This document shows positions 63,996 through 64,000 of a stretch of DNA of 64,000 nt, in pieces; within the stretch, counting starts at the first letter, position 1; every line of letters starts with the position of its first letter. The notes under the pieces were generated by a model. That model ran no database searches. It saw nothing but the letters and a program-made list of their open reading frames with translations, and was not told the DNA's origin. Origin of the DNA: an uncultured virus (IMG/VR IMGVR_UViG_3300017732_000002) (Duplodnaviria; Heunggongvirae; Uroviricota; Caudoviricetes). The position numbers were made by a program, and so were the translations under genes. Location: the IMG/VR virus record IMGVR_UViG_3300017732_000002; one strand, 5' to 3'.

Positions 63996-64000
63996 ATAGT

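Noticed and set aside
1..64000. CRISPR array, IS elements, integrase
   Set aside because: No regularly spaced direct repeats and no transposase or integrase motifs seen. The repeated ~40-nt elements are dispersed promoters.

Overview
AT-rich 64 kb segment of a T4-like (Tevenvirinae/Kyanoviridae-like architecture) myophage genome, almost entirely coded on the minus strand. It probably infects a marine heterotrophic proteobacterium, an inference from AOX, class I cytochrome c, IscU, AhpC, Def and curli genes and the absence of photosynthesis genes in this window. The core is the T4 replication/recombination/transcription module (gp3, uvsY, uvsW, gp55, gp47, gp46, gp45, gp44, gp62, regA, gp43, uvsX, gp41, gp61, nrdA, nrdB). 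It also holds a late cluster of probable head/internal proteins, lysis genes (lysozyme, spanin pair) and many accessory genes. Top candidate novel system: a leaderless transcription unit containing a DUF4338/DruA-type (Mom-like GNAT) gene, an aberrant tRNA-Gly(TCC) 5 nt downstream that resembles non-ribosomal glycyl donors, a radical SAM/SPASM enzyme and an SDR. I interpret this as a putative Gly-tRNA-dependent nucleic-acid hypermodification pathway with its own dedicated tRNA. Other highlights: a late-expressed curli (CsgF/CsgG/two curlins)-FecR-CHASE2 cyclase module; an AOX/cytochrome c/Coq4-like respiratory module; three promoter classes that mostly give leaderless mRNAs; late-promoter-gated hairpins; a ROSE-like thermometer; two structured ncRNA candidates; and a 13-aa, 8-Cys micro-ORF. 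All family assignments are from motif recognition by eye, with no database searches.
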